DNA of 64,000 nt from Mobula hypostoma. Lineage: Eukaryota. Location of the stretch: assembly GCF_963921235.1 (NCBI RefSeq), contig NC_086097.1, forward strand, positions 11,346,001-11,410,000, read 5' to 3'. Positions 37,700 to 51,909 of the stretch are shown piece by piece. Within the stretch, counting starts at the first letter, position 1, and every line of letters begins with the position of its first letter. The notes beneath the pieces are model-generated. The model was given only the letters and a program-made list of their open reading frames with translations, made no database searches and was not told the origin of the DNA. The position numbers and the translations under genes are program-made.

Positions 37700-38805
37700 T
37701 AGATGGAGATGGGTAATAACATCTCCTCCTCATTGACAATCAACACAGTGGAACAAGCTCCCCTCAAGGATGTGTGCTTTGCTCACTGCTTTACTCCTTC
37801 TACATTCTTGACTATGTGGCTAAGCACAGCTCAAACACCATCTGTAAATTCACAGATAACACCACAGTTGTTGGTAAAATCTCAGAGGGCAATGAGGAGT
37901 CATTCAACAGTGAGATAGATGAGCTCGTTGACAGGTGTCTCAAAAACAAATTCGCACTCAACATAGGCAAGACCAAAGAATTGATTGTGGATTTCATGAG
38001 AGGGAAATCGGAAGAAAACACACTAGTCCTCTTTGAAGTGTCAGTGGTGGAAAGTGTGAGCATCTTTAAGGTTCTGGGTGTCAGCATCTTGGAGGACCTA
38101 TCCTGAACCCAACACATTAATGCAATCACAAAGATGGCACACCAGCAATTACTTCACTAGAAGTTGGAGGAGATTTGGTATGTAACAAAGACTGCAAATT
38201 TCTATAGACGTACAGTGAAAAGTACACGGCACGGTAGCGTAGAGGTTAGCATAACACTTTACAGTACAGGCAACATAGGTTCAATTCCAAGCGCTGCCTA
38301 TAAGGAGTTCATATGTTCACTCTGTGATCACGTAGGTTTCCTCCGGGTGCTCTGGTTTCCTCCCACAATATAAAAATACATACCGGTTGGTAGCTTAATT
38401 AATCACTGTAAATTGTCCCATGATTATGTTAGGATTAAATCGGTGGGTTGCTGGGCAGCATGGCTCAAAGGGCTGGAAGGGCCTATTCCATGCTGTATGT
38501 CAAACAATAATTTAAAAAATGAAAGTGTCTGACTGGTTGCATCCCAATGTGACATGGAGCCTCCGATGCACTGATCTGCAGGTGGTTACAGAGGGTTGTC
38601 GTCTCAGCCAGCTCCATCATGGGCAAGACTACCCCTACCAGCAAGGACATCTTCAAGAGGCCGTGTCGCAAGAAGGTGGCATCCACTACTCAGGGCCCTC
38701 ACCATCGTTTCTCATACACTTTTCTTATCACTATCATCCCGTAGGAGGTACAGAGGCCTGAAGGCTCACACTCAATGATTCAAGAACAGTTTCCTTCCTT
38801 CTACT
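37700..38805 (+). mobile_element. Rex1/Babar fragment interrupted by an HE1-like SINE (~38225-38510)
   Basis: KFTDNTTVVG..LNIGKTKELIVDF..FKVLGV; V-core insertion. Confidence 0.75.
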
Positions 38806-40477
38806 CAAGACTGCTATCTTGTTAATACAACCAGTTCCTCTTTTTTTTCTCTCTCTGTCTCTCCCTCTATCTGTCTGTCTGTTTGACTGTCTCTCTCTCT
38901 CAGGACTAGGACAAGCGAACCAGCTGATCGTGAAATCAAAACTGCAAGCTGCAGGTCTCCCGCTCTCATTTGTTGCAGGAGCGATATCTCTCTCCCTCAC
39001 TAGTAAGTGACAGCCTGCCTGCAATTTCCAAGTGTTGGGATCAACAGTAGATTTCTGATGGACTCTAGATTGTGGTCTCTTTGGGGGCTTTGCATTGCTT
39101 GCACGGAGGGATGATGGTTGGGGGGGGCGGATTGCGCTTTTGCTGGAGAAAAGGGAGGAGGGTCCATGCTTTGGCCACTGCTTGTGCATGGGGGGCTTTG
39201 GGGTCCTAACATTTCTGTCATTCATTCTTTGGGTTTTTTTCTGTTTCATGGATGTCTGCAAAGAGGAGATACTTACTTACTTACTGCCAATTACGCCATT
39301 GGCGTTTAGGGCAGCAATGAAGTTCCTCCTTCTCTGTCTCTATAGAAGGATTGCTGTTTCTGTAACAACTGTTTGTTTTTCACCAGTCAGCATTGTTAGC
39401 CCTGAACTGAACCCCCAAACCTGGAGGATCGGTGGACCGCTCTTACTCTGGCCTCTACCCTTTCACCTGTTTGCCATGGGTGACCCTACCAAAAGCCAAA
39501 GCATAAAGCCCTAATTGCAGCCAACATAGCTCTCTGGGTCACGGAGGCATGCAAGCCTCCAAACCCTACAATAAGTTTGTAGTCCTCTTGGAGGATACTG
39601 CATACATTCTCTGGTATTAAAATCAACCATTTGAACTATTTGATTTGAACTTGATGATGTTATATTCAGGGAAGTTTAAATAAACTATCTGTTCTCTCAT
39701 TATCTCTAGCCAGCAATTTAGAAGTATAAAATATCGTACATCGTGGTGAATGAGTGACAAAGATAAGTGGGCAGATGTCTCTGTTTATAACATCCAGAAG
39801 TACATATCAATTTAATAGGACATAGTTCTACCTTAACTAGAACTATAATTGCATAAACCACTTCCTTACACAGCTAACACAGACCTTTAGCGTGCATTTC
39901 ATAACCCTTCCAGTGGCATCTCGGGCTTTGAGAGGTGCTTAAAGCATATCTGTTTAGCGTTGATGTGTTCTGTCTGTGTGCTTAACCTTTATCCATAGCA
40001 CAGTAATTAATGCTTTTAGATGGCAATTTTTTAAAATTTAACTTATGTTCCCAGCATTAGCTAAATTAGATAGAGAGAGATTATTGCTGCTATCAATCTC
40101 AATCACCTAGATGATGATATACAGATGAGCAGTGGCATTTATTATGCACACCCCAGGAAGTGATCGCCCATGTATAGATGTATCTCTTTCCTGAACTGAC
40201 ATAGAACTATTAAAATTTGACAGTTATTACCCACTAATATGAACTTGCTAAACTTCATCAACAGCATAACAGTAGAGTATAACAAAAACTTATCATTATT
40301 GATGTTGTTAGTACTGAGTGAAACAATGCACACTATTTAAATAACGGCATAAGCAGAACCAGAGTGATATTAGAAGAGATAGCCAAAGCATTGGTTAAAG
40401 GATAGATCTCAAACAAAGGGAGGATGATGTTGGAACTGAGGGATTCACTAATTAAGAGAATTCAACTTAAATCAAAA

Positions 40478-41520
40478 ATCATCATCAACATAATGTGCCG
40501 TGTCGTATGACATGGGTGATCATGGTTTTCCGTCTATCTTTAGTCTGAGAAGTTCTAATAAGCTCTTTAAAACTTTTGCCTCTCCATCCCTTGACGTAAC
40601 TCATGAATGTCACGTGCTGTCAACTGCAGCTTTTCCTTCCACCAATTGTTCCCGTCACTGCAAGATGCTTGAGTTTCTCTTTCCTCAGTACATGTACCAG
40701 AAATTCCACTGCTGTTTCCTGATTGATGATATCAGCTCTCTTCTTATTCCACCTTTTTGCAACATTTCCTCATTTGTTGCTCTGTCCTTCCATGATATTT
40801 TCATCATTCTTCTCAAAAAACACATTTCTGCAGCACTGAGTCTTCTCTCGTTTTGCATTGATATTGTCCAACATTCACTACCATATATTAGTGTGGAACG
40901 AACATACATAGAACATAGAATATAGACATCTACAGCACATGACAGACCCTTCGTCTCACAATATTGCGCTGACTATGTAGCCTTCTCTAGAAACTGCCTA
41001 GAATTTCCCTACTGCATAGCCCTCTATTTTTCTACGTTCCAGGCACCTATTTAAAAGACCCTGCAACACTCTTGAGTTATGTTATTCTTTAGCATCTTGC
41101 TCAGGCATTTGAATGTGCATTTAGTAATCCCAACCCTTCTTTTAATTTCAATATCAGCCCTACCACTATATGTTATCGTGCTCCCTAAGATAGTAAACTT
41201 TCATGTTTGTTTAATTGTTTCATTACCCACTTTCAGTTCACATTTCTGTATTTCTTTTTTCTTTATGGCAATCACACATTTGGTCTTCTCACGGCTGATG
41301 GTCAATCCACATTTTGCATTTTCTTCAATGACTTTATCTAGTATTCCTTGGAACTTCTCTTTAGAAGTGACTATCAGTACTGTGTCGTCCTTGTACCTTA
41401 GATCATCCAAATTGTACCCACCAATAATCATGCCTGGAATACTGCTAATTTCTCTCAGAATCTTCTCACTGAATAGGTCTGACTCCCCTCTTAATCTGGA
41501 CAAAATCACCTGACATAATA
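40478..41520 (-). mobile_element. RTE-clade LINE fragment
   Basis: VRSTLIYGSECWTIS..AAEMCFLRRMMKISW and LRYKDDTVLI; (CAT)n tail on the + strand; a small insertion at ~40905-41060. Confidence 0.8.
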
Positions 41521-42719
41521 ACATGTAAAGAATTGGGAGCAGGAAAGTTGGTTAAGGTTGGTAGAGGGAATTAAGTTTGAAGACAAAGACTTGTAGGTCA
41601 TAATGGTGGGAGTGGGGAACTAGGGCGCCAATGCTGGCAAAGGATGAGCAGGTCTTCCAGAGGAATAAGAAATGCAGTGATGCAAGGATAAATATCAAAT
41701 GATTAATCATTGTTATATATTCTCATATGAGAATGGATATGAAGGCGGATGTGGTGGGGAAGGGCATTTATGCAGTGCATTGAAACTCCATTAATTCTTT
41801 TTATCCATGGAAAGAGTAGTGATGATGTAGCAGAAGGTTTAATAGTTTAGGCGTGTTCAATCTTTCTCAGCTGGAGGTCTGTTCAGGCAGACACAACAAC
41901 AGATTTTAGTTGTGTATTGCCTTTACCATTTTTAAAACAAAGCCAGTAGCACTTTGCAACATAATAGAGTGGAAATAGTTTATGAGACAGAAAAAGCTAA
42001 ATTACAACAAGTGCCCAAAAGATTGATAAAAAAAACACTGATCTGTATAAAACTGTGGCTATAACAAATGTAGCATGATTGGCAAAAATACACAAAAACT
42101 TGAGATGCTGAACAAGAATTTTAGCATGTCAGGCAGTATCAAAGCTCAAAATTCAAAGGTCAAAAGAAATTTATTATCAGAAGTACATACACGTGCATTG
42201 ATTCATTTTTTTGCAGGCATTCACAATGAAACAACAAAAAATCATGCAAAATAATAATCATAAGTAAATACAACAATAAATAGTGAATGAAATTGAAAGA
42301 AGTTATCCCCTCTGGTTCAATGATGGTGGGGGCTTTACCCATGATGGACTGGTCCGTATCCACTACATTTTGTAGGATTTTCCATTCAGGGGCATTAGTA
42401 TTTCCACCACCAGCCCATGATGCAACCAGCCAGTACTCTCCAGCACACATCGTTGGAGAGAGTAACAGTTGGTATGGTTGGTATTCTGTAAGAACTGTAG
42501 TATGTGACAATTAGTCTCTGTGTAGCTGTTACAATATTTTTTATCATAGTGGCTTCAAGGGGAAGTCTCACTCTTCCAAGAATGTTGCTGCAAGGTGTAT
42601 GTAAAATAAATTTATTAGTTTAAATGACTGGATATTCTTTTGTAACTTCGTGAGCAAATGAGAGAAAGATATTGAGAACAGAGTCAGCGAAGTCTCAACA
42701 GAAAATTGAACAAGGTAAG

Positions 42720-45030
42720 GACATGAAGGCTCAATAGTGAAGAAAATAAGGGGAGAAACTAGAGGTGAGGTCCTAAATGAATACTTCTCATTGATTTTCA
42801 CAAAGGGAGAAGACCTGTCACTGCAAAATTCAATGGAAGGATAGGTGAAAGTCTAATACGTTCTTAAAAAATAAAGTGAAGATGTTCAATACTTTAACAA
42901 AGTTAAAAATGGGTTAAGTCACCTGAACAGAATGGAACCTATCCCATGTTGATACGAGAGGCAAGCAAAAAGATTGTTGGGACTCTGGCTGAGGTTTTTT
43001 AATCTTAAAATAAGTAAGGTTTCAAATGATCAGGGTACAAAAAATGTTGTCCCCTTTTTCAAGAAAGACAACAAAGAAAATTCTGAACACAAGAACCTCT
43101 GCAAATGCTGGAGATCCAAAGCAACACACACAAAATGCTGGAGGGACTCAGCATGTTAAGCGGTATCTATGGAAATGAATAAACAGTCAATGTTTTGACT
43201 CAAGACTTTTCTGCAGGACTGGAGGGGAAGGAGGAAGACACCAGAATAAAAAGGTGGGGAGAGGAGGAGTGAAGGGGGATAGCAAGAAGGAACTCTGGTA
43301 ACTATAACCTTTGAGCCGAAATTCAGTGGTGGGAAAATACTGGGAAATATTCTGAGGGAGAGGTGAAATGCTCATTTGGAAAAGCAGAGAATAATTAGAA
43401 TCGGCCAACATGGCACTGTCAAGGGTAGATCCTATCTCACCAATTTGAGTGAATTCTTTTGAAGAGATGACAGGTGTACCAATGAGGGCAAAACACTAGA
43501 GGTGATTTACATGACTTTTAATATGGCCTTTGAAAAGGTACCACATGGGAGATTGGTTAAAAACATTATGGCCCGTGGAACCATAGAACCATAAAACATT
43601 ACAGCACAGAAACAGGCCTTTTGGCCCTTCTTGGCTGTGCCGAACCATTTTACTGCCTAGTCCCATTGACCTGCACCTGGACCATATCCCCCCATACACC
43701 TCTCATCCATGTAACTGTCCAAGTTTTTCTTAAATGTTAAAAGTGAGCCCACATTTACCACTTCATCTGGCAGCTCATTCTACGCTCCCACCACTCTCTG
43801 TGTGAAGAAGAAACCCCTCCCATGTTCCCTTTAAACTTTTCCCCCTTCACCCTTAACCCATGTCCCTGGTTTTTTCCTCCCTTAGCTTCAGTGGAAAAAG
43901 CCTGCTAGGGAAACCCAGGGATAGCTGGCAAAATAAATCCAGTATTGGATTGGCAATAAAGACAAAGAAGGCTGCTTCAGTTATTGGATGCCTGTGGCTA
44001 GTGGTGACCCACAAGGATCAATGCTGAAACCCTTGTCGTTTATAATGCATGTGAATGACTTGGATGTGGATGTGGGAGGCGTGATCAGTATGTTCAGAGC
44101 TAATACAAAGATTAATGAATTTGTTGATAGTGTGGAAGGTAGTCTTAGTTGATGTGTTGTGAAATAAGCAGATTAAATTTAATCCAGTCTAATCAGAGTT
44201 AATGAATTTTGGGATTAATAATGAGGTTCGCATACACTCTATGGTGGTAGGGCCTTAAGATACATTAAGGAACAAAGGAATCTTAGAGAACAAGTCCATA
44301 GATCCTTGAAAGTGAGAACATAGGTAGATAATGCAATATTGGTTTTCATTAGTAGGAGCATTGAATGGAGAAATAGGAAGATTATGCTCCACTTTATCAA
44401 ATCTTGGTAAGACCTGAGCTGGAGCTGGAATTCAGTCACCATGATATAGGAGGGACGTAATACACTGGAGAGGGTGCAGTAGAAATTCACTGGGATGTTG
44501 GGATGGAGTATAAGGCATCCATTAGTCTTGCGAGACCATGGATCTGCGCCTGGAAAGTCTTCACTCCCCAGGGCGCAGGCCTGGGCAAGGTTGTATGGAA
44601 GTCTCCCCTCTCCACGACACCAATGTTGTCCAAGGGAAGGGCATTAGGACCCATACAGCTTGGCACCAGTGTCGCCGCAGAGCAATGTGTGATTAAGTGC
44701 CTTGTCAAGGACACAACACACTGCCTCGGCTGGGGCTCGAACTCATGACCTTCAGATTGCTAGTCCAATGCCTTAACCACTTGGCCACATGCCCACTGGG
44801 ATGGAGTAGCTCACAGTTAACGAGAGACTGGAGAAGCCGGGTCTGCTCTCCATGGAGAAGACAGGTCTGTTCATGGAGAAAAGGGGACATGTGATACATA
44901 AAATTAAAAAGGGTAGTCGCCAAGAAAGACCTCTCCATGTAGATATAACTACAGGCATGGAAGACTCAGGATTAAGTGCTGGGAGATGGGAAGACTGCCT
45001 ACTAATTAGCATCGTCGATTTGGATGAATG
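42720..45030 (+). mobile_element. Old fragmented CR1 with nested PLE terminus, CR1 3' piece and SINE
   Basis: Remnants of AFEKVPH, SGDPQGS and LERVQ; nested insertions at ~43095-43300, ~43575-43905 and 44511-44796. Confidence 0.6.
44511..44796 (-). mobile_element. tRNA-derived SINE with 12-bp TSD
   Basis: A box TGGCCAAGTGG and B box GTTCGAGCC; TSD tgggatggagta at 44499-44510 and 44797-44808. Confidence 0.85.
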
Positions 45031-46449
45031 CCATATAATGCTATAAATCTATCACATCATAATCCCTTCCACCCTCTCAAAGACTCTGATCCTATCACAG
45101 CCTATGTAAACTTTTGCCTTCTGTTTTGTTACCCTTCTGCAAAGAGAAGCATTTCCTTCATATTTGTTCCATCCAAACTTCACTTAATTTTATAAATCCC
45201 AGTTTAGTCTCCCCTTAGTCAAATCTGATCCAAAGTAAACATCCTCAGCCTATCCAATCTTCCTTGATAATATTTCCCAGTTCTGGCACTGTCCTGATAG
45301 CTTTCATCTCCATCACAATCATGGCTTTCCTCTAATGTGGTGCTCAGCACAGTAGGCTGTTCTCAAGTTGTGGTCTAATTAGTGTTCTATTTAGTTTGAG
45401 GAAAATATTCTTTCTCTTATGTGCACAAGAGATTCTGGAGATGCTGGAAATCCAGAGAAACACACAAAATGCTTTATGTATTTATTTAGAGACGCAGCGT
45501 TCTGTCTGCCCTTCTGGCCCTTCAAGCCTCACTGCCACAGCAACCCTCAGTTCAACCCTACGCTAATCAAGGGACAACTTCAATGACCAATTAACCAACC
45601 AAGCTGTATGTCTTTAGACTGTGGGAGGAAACGGGAGCACCCGGAGAAAACCCACATGTTCTACAAACTCCTTACAGCTGACGTTGGAATTGAACTCTGA
45701 AGTTCGAAAGCCTGAGGGGTAATAGCATTGCACTAACTGCAACACTAGCATGGCTGGAGGAACTCAGCAGGTCAGGCAGCATCTATGGAGATGAATGTAC
45801 AGTTAACGTTTTGCCCTGAGACCCTTCACCAGGACACAACTTGAGCATCAGCTAATAAACATAAGCATCCCATGTGCATTTATAAACATTTTAATAACTA
45901 GTTCTGCTACCTTTTCAAGGATCTGTCAATTCACATTGTGAGGTCCCTGCATTCCTCTCCAGCCCTCAGTATTCCCCATGTGTTGCACCTCTCCTCCCCT
46001 CTCCTCATACTTCTCTGGATAAGATTCCACTTCTCACTTTTCTACCAATAAACCAAACAATACATCTATTATACAGTCACAGAACACTACAGCACAGAAA
46101 TAGGCCCTTTGGCTGTCTAGTCTATGTTGAACTATCAGTCTGTCTAGCCCTATCTCAGATAAACCTAGACATAATACCTTAGGAAATGTAAGAAAGAACA
46201 CAAAATTATACTTGCATAAGTTCTCATAGTTAATACTAGAGGGCATACGTTTAAAGTGAGGAAGGCGAGTTCAAAGGAGATATATGAGGCAATTTTCCTT
46301 TTACACAGACTGGAGGGTTCCTGGTATGCACTGCCAGGAGTGGTAGTGGATGGAGATATTCAAAGCTCAAAGTAAATTTATTATCACAGTCCATCTGTAT
46401 CACCATATACAACCCTGAGATTCATTTTCTTGTGGGTATACTGAGTAAA

Positions 46450-46942
46450 TAGAAACATAGAAACATAGAAAATAGGTGCAGGAGTAGGCCATTCGGCCCT
46501 TCGAGCCTGCACCGCCATTCAGTACGATCATGGCTGATCATCCAACTCAGAACCCTATACCTGCCTTCTCTCCATACCCCCGATCCCTTTAGCCACAAGG
46601 GCCTTATCTAACTCCCTCTTAAATATAGCCAATGAACTGGCCTCAACTGTTTCCTGTGGCAGAGAATTCCACAGATTCACCACTCTCTGTGTGAAGAAGT
46701 TTTTCCTCATCTCGGTCCGAAAAGGCTTCCCCTTTATCCTCAAACTGTGGCCCCTCGTTCTGGACTTCCCCAACATCAGGAACAATCTTCCTGCATCTAG
46801 CCTGTCCAATCCCTTTAGAATTTTATACGTTTCAATCAGATCCCCCCTCAATCTTCTAAATTCCAGAGAGTATAAGCCTAGTCGATCCAGTCTTTCATCA
46901 TATGAAGGTCCTGCCATCCCAGGAATCACTCTGGTGAACCTT
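46450..46942 (-). mobile_element. Young CR1 3' end
   Basis: ORF 46555-46929 is nearly identical to the 10556 ORF; (agaaacat)n tail. Confidence 0.9.
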
Positions 46943-47244
46943 ATCCAAGAACCATAATAGAATCAATGAATGATTGCACGCAAAAGGACATCAAGCAACC
47001 AATCTTGAGACAACAAAATGTGCAAATACAGTACAAAAGAAAAATAATAATAATAAATAAACAATAAATATTGAGAACATGAGATGAAGAGTCCTTGAAA
47101 GTGACTCCTTAGTTTGTGGGAACAGTTCATTGATGGTGCCTGTGAAGTTGAGTGAAGTTGTCCCACTGTTTCAAGAGTCTGAGGGTTGAGGGGTAATAAC
47201 TCTTCCTGAACATGGTGGAGTGAGTCCTGAGACTCCTGTACCTG

Positions 47245-49010
47245 TACAGATGCACGACATCTCTGGCAGGGTCTGCAAGACATTACTTCCTACACACCAA
47301 AACCCAATAGCATAAATGGCAGAGATGCTTCACTACCAGATGAACTCAACACCTTCTATGCACGGTTTGAAAGGGAGAATATAACTACAGATGTAAAGAT
47401 ACCTGCTGCACCCAATGACCCTCTGACCCCTGTCTCAGAGGCCAATGTTAGACAATCCTTAAAGAAAGTGAACCCTTGCAAGGCAGAAGGTCCTGATGGA
47501 GTACCTGTTAAGGCTCTGAAAACCTGTGCCAACCAACTAGCGGGAGTATTCAAGGACATTTTCAACCTCACACTGCCATGGGTGGAAGTTTCACTTGCTT
47601 CAAAAAGTCAACAATTATACCAGTGCCTAAGAAGAATAATGTGGGCTGCCTTAATGTCTATGGCCTGGTAGCACTCACATCAACAGTGATGAAATGCTTT
47701 GAGAGATTGGTCATGACTAGACTGAACTCCTGCCTCAGCAAAGACCTGGACCCATTGCAATTTGCCTATCGCCACAACAGGTCACTGGCAGACGCAATCT
47801 CAATGGCTCTCCACACGGCTTTAGACCACCTGGACAACACAAACACCTACATCAAGATGCTGTTCATCGACTATAGCTCAGCATTTAATACCATCATTCC
47901 CACAATCCTGATTGAGAAGTTGCAGAACCTGGGCCTCTGTACCTCCCTCTGCAATTGGATCCTTGACTTCCTAACTGGAAGACCACAATCTGTGTGGACT
48001 GGTGATAACATATCCTCCACGCTGACGATCAACACTGGTGCACCTCAGGGGTGTGTGCTTAACTCACTGCTCTACTCTCTATACACACATGACTGTGTGG
48101 CTAGGCATAGCTCAAATGCCATCTATAAATTTTCTGATGATACAACCATTGTTGGTAGAACCTCAGGTAGTGACAAGAGGGCGTACAAGAGTGAGATATG
48201 CTAACTAGTGGAGTGGTGTCACAGCAACAACCTGGCACTCAACATCAGTAAGACGAAAGAGCTGATTATTGACTTCAGGAGGGGTAAGATGAAGGAACAT
48301 ATAGCAGTCCTCATAGAGGGATCAGAAGTGGAGAGAGTAAGCAGTTTCAAGTTCCTGGGTGTTGGGATCTCTGAGGATCTAACCTGGTCCCAACGTATCG
48401 ATGTAGTTATAAAGAAGGCAAGACAGCGGTTATACTTTATTAGGAGCTTGAAGCAATTTGGCATGTCAACAAACACACTCAAAAACTTCTATAATTGTAC
48501 CATGGAGAGCATTCTGACAGGCTGCATCACTGTCTGGTATGGAGGGGCTACTGCACAGGACCGAAAGAAGCTGCAGAAGGTTGTAAATCTCATTAGCTCT
48601 ATCTTGGGTAGTAGCCTACAAAGTACCCAGGACATCTTCAGGGAGCAGTGTCTCAGAAAGGCAGCGTCCGTTATTAAGGATCTCCAGCCCTTTTCTCACT
48701 GTTACCATCAGGTAGGAGATATAGAAGCCTGAAGGCACACACTCAGCGATTCAAGACCAGCTTCTTCTCCTCTGCCATCTGATTCCTAAATGGACATTTA
48801 ATCTTTGGACACTACCTCACTTTTTTAAAAAATATTCAGTATTTCTGTTTTTGCACATTTTTAATCTATTCAATATACGTATACTGTAATTGATTTGCTT
48901 ATTTATTTTATTTTTTTCTCTCTGCTAGATTTTGTATTGCATTGAACTGCTGCTGCTAAGTTAACAAATTTCACGTCACATGCTGGTGATAATAAACCTG
49001 ATTCTGATTC
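47245..49010 (+). mobile_element. Rex1/Babar LINE, 5'-truncated
   Basis: ORFs 47468-48732 carry RT motifs broken by a frameshift and a stop; (gattct)n tail; probable TSD tacctg; same family as 21155-22770. Confidence 0.9.
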
Positions 49011-49313
49011 TACCTGATGGCAGCAGTGAGAAGAGAGCATGGCCTGGATGGTGGAGGTCCCTGTTGACTAATGCTGCTTTCCTGCGACTGTGCTCCCTAT
49101 GAATGTGCTTAGTGTTGGGTGGGCTTTACCAGTGATGCCCATATCTAAGGCAGTCTTAGATAGGCACATGAATATGCAGTGAATGAAGAGATAATGATCT
49201 TAAGTAGGCAGAAGGGACTAGTTTAGTGAGGCAACACACACAAAATACTGGAGGAGTTCAGAAGGGCAGGCAGCATCCATGGAAATGACGATTCAGGCTG
49301 AGACCCTTCTTTA

Positions 49314-50038
49314 GATTTGCATTATACACCATTATACACCAGTCATTGAAAGTGGGCATGCAGGTACAGCAGGCGGTGAAAAAGGCGAACGGTATGCAGG
49401 CATTTATAGCGAGAGGATTCGAGTACAGGAGCAGGGAGGTACTACTGCAGTTGTACAAGGCCTTGGTGAGACCACACCTGGAGTATTGTGTGCAGTTTTG
49501 GTCCCCTAATCTGAGGAAAGACATCTTTGCCATAGAGGGAGTACAAAGACGGTTCACCAGATTGATTCCTGGGATGGCAGGTCTTTCATATGAAGAAAGA
49601 CTGGATGAACTGGGCTTGTACTCGTTGGAATTTAGAAGATTGAGGGGGGATCTGATTGAAACGTATAAGATCCTAAAGGGATTGGACAGGCTAGATGCGG
49701 GAAGATTGTTCCCGATGTTGGGGAGGTCTAGAACGAGGGGTCACAGTTTGAGGATAGAGGGGAAGCCTTTTAGGACCGAGGTTAGGAAAAACTTCTTCAC
49801 ACAGAGAGTGGTGAATCTGTGGAATTCTCTGCCACAGCAAACTGTTGAGGCCAGTTCATTAGCTATGTTTAAAAGGAAGTTAGATATGGCCCTTGTGGCT
49901 ACAGGGGTCAGGGGGTATGGAGGGAAGGCTGGGTTCTGAGTTGGATGATCAGCCATGATCATAATAAATGGCGGTGCAGGCTCGAAGGGCCGAATGGCCT
50001 ACTCCTGCACCTATTTTCTATGTTTCTATGTTTCTATG
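49314..50038 (+). mobile_element. Young CR1 3' end inserted in a PLE terminus
   Basis: ORF 49346-49939 [19 protein letters not shown]; (tttctatg)n tail. The host PLE continues at 49232-49313 and 50039-50460. Confidence 0.9.
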
Positions 50039-51909
50039 TTTAGGACTGAGAAGGAAGAGGGAAGATGCCATAAGAGAATGGTGAGGGGAGGGGAAGGAGG
50101 CCAGCTGAAAGGTGATTGGTGAAGCCAGGTGGGCGGGAAAGGTCAAGGCCTGGAGAAGAAGGAATCTGATAGGAGAGGAGAGTGGACCATAGGAGAAAGG
50201 GAAGAAGAAGGGGACCCAGGGGGAGGCAATAGGCAGGTAAGAAAAGGTAAAAGGTCATAGTGGGGAACAGGGGGGAGGGTGATTTTTTTTTTACCAGAAA
50301 GAGAAACGAAGTTCATGCCAGATGGAATATAAGGTGTTGCTCTTCCAACTGGAGGGTGGCCTCATCTTGTCACAAGATATCAGAACAGGAAAACGAATAA
50401 GAATTAAAATGTTTGGCCACCGGGAAGTTTAACTTGTGGTGGATGGACTGGAGGTGCTCAATGTATAGTAAGGCATTAATTACTAGTTTAATTAGCTTGG
50501 CACAGCATTGAAGAGCAAAGGGCATGTCCCTATGTTGTATGTAAATGATGTAAGATTTCTCTGATTTTGGGCAAAGCCTTTGGGTTGAATGAAATGAACC
50601 GTGTGACATTTTTCCCTGTAGAGTCAAATCATTTCTGCCAATTTGGAGTTGGAAAACAAGTGAAGGGTATGGATGCACTTAAATGCAACATATCTGACAA
50701 TGCTGAATATACTCAGCAATTCAGCAATTCAGATTTGGAGACTGAAACAGAGTCAATAATCTTTCACCAGAACTTGATGTGAATGTATTGCTGCTAAAGT
50801 TAGTTGGGTTGTGTACAAGTGTCAAAGTACCTTATTATCAGTTACCACTTCATATCAATCTAGGAATTTTTCATCAGAACACACAAATTGAGCATCTGAG
50901 TCAAACAAATTTCAAAATTCCAAGTGCATTTATTATCGTGATACCTATACATTATACAACCTTGAAATTCATCTCCTTACAGACGACCACAAAACAAAGG
51001 AACCCAAAAGAACCAACAAACACCAATGGTGCAGAAAAAACAAATCACACAAACAATAAACACAAGCAAATAGCGCTCTGAACTGACGTCCACAGAAAGC
51101 CTGTCCCCAGACCCTTAGTCCAGCACAGAGCTGAGTAAATGTCGCGGAGCCACAAACTGCACCAACCCGTCACTCACCTCAGAGCCCCGACACCCTCACC
51201 TTTTTAACTTGGCCCAACACCTAAATTGTCATCCAAACAGTTGGGTTCTGTCGCTTTGATACGCTCTGGGACCTGGACCCCGCTGCCTTATTTGGCTTGT
51301 ATCCGACCTTTCAGATTCAGCCCAGCACATAAACAGGCCACTCCTCACCTTGCCTTGGTTCTGCCATATCGAATTGCCTCCAGGTCCAAAGGGAAGTAAC
51401 AAATTATGCTTGCGATGATCACTCCAGAAACTAAGATTCTCAAGGTGAACAACCCTAAATTAACACATGCCGTCAGATAAATATACTTCAGGCGAAAGGA
51501 GTAGAGCAAACTAAAATAACTAGCTTTTTTTCTTTCTCAGTTCTGATGAAGGGCCTTTGATCTGTAATACTAACTCTCTTTCTATTTCCACAGATATTGC
51601 CTGACCTGTTGAAAATTTGAAGCCCTTTTTGTTTTAATTCAAGGAATAGAATCTTTCTCTTCATAGTCTGTAACAATCCCATTTGCCTCAATCTCAAGCC
51701 ATATCCTAAATATACTTGAATCGTTCTAAGCATGATGAAACAAATTTATTGTCCTTTCCTGCAGAAAATTTGGAGATGCATTTCTGGTTTTAGAGTTACT
51801 CAGTTTTTGCCATGGAACACAAGTTCAGCGTACTTCTGTTCTGAATATACTACAAAATGAATTAGCCACCTTTGTGAACCTTGTCACGTCAACAATTAAT
51901 AGCAAAGGA

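Noticed and set aside
44725..44796. tRNA gene
   Set aside because: It is the head of a TSD-flanked SINE; the same applies to ~6935-7000 and the HE1-like heads.
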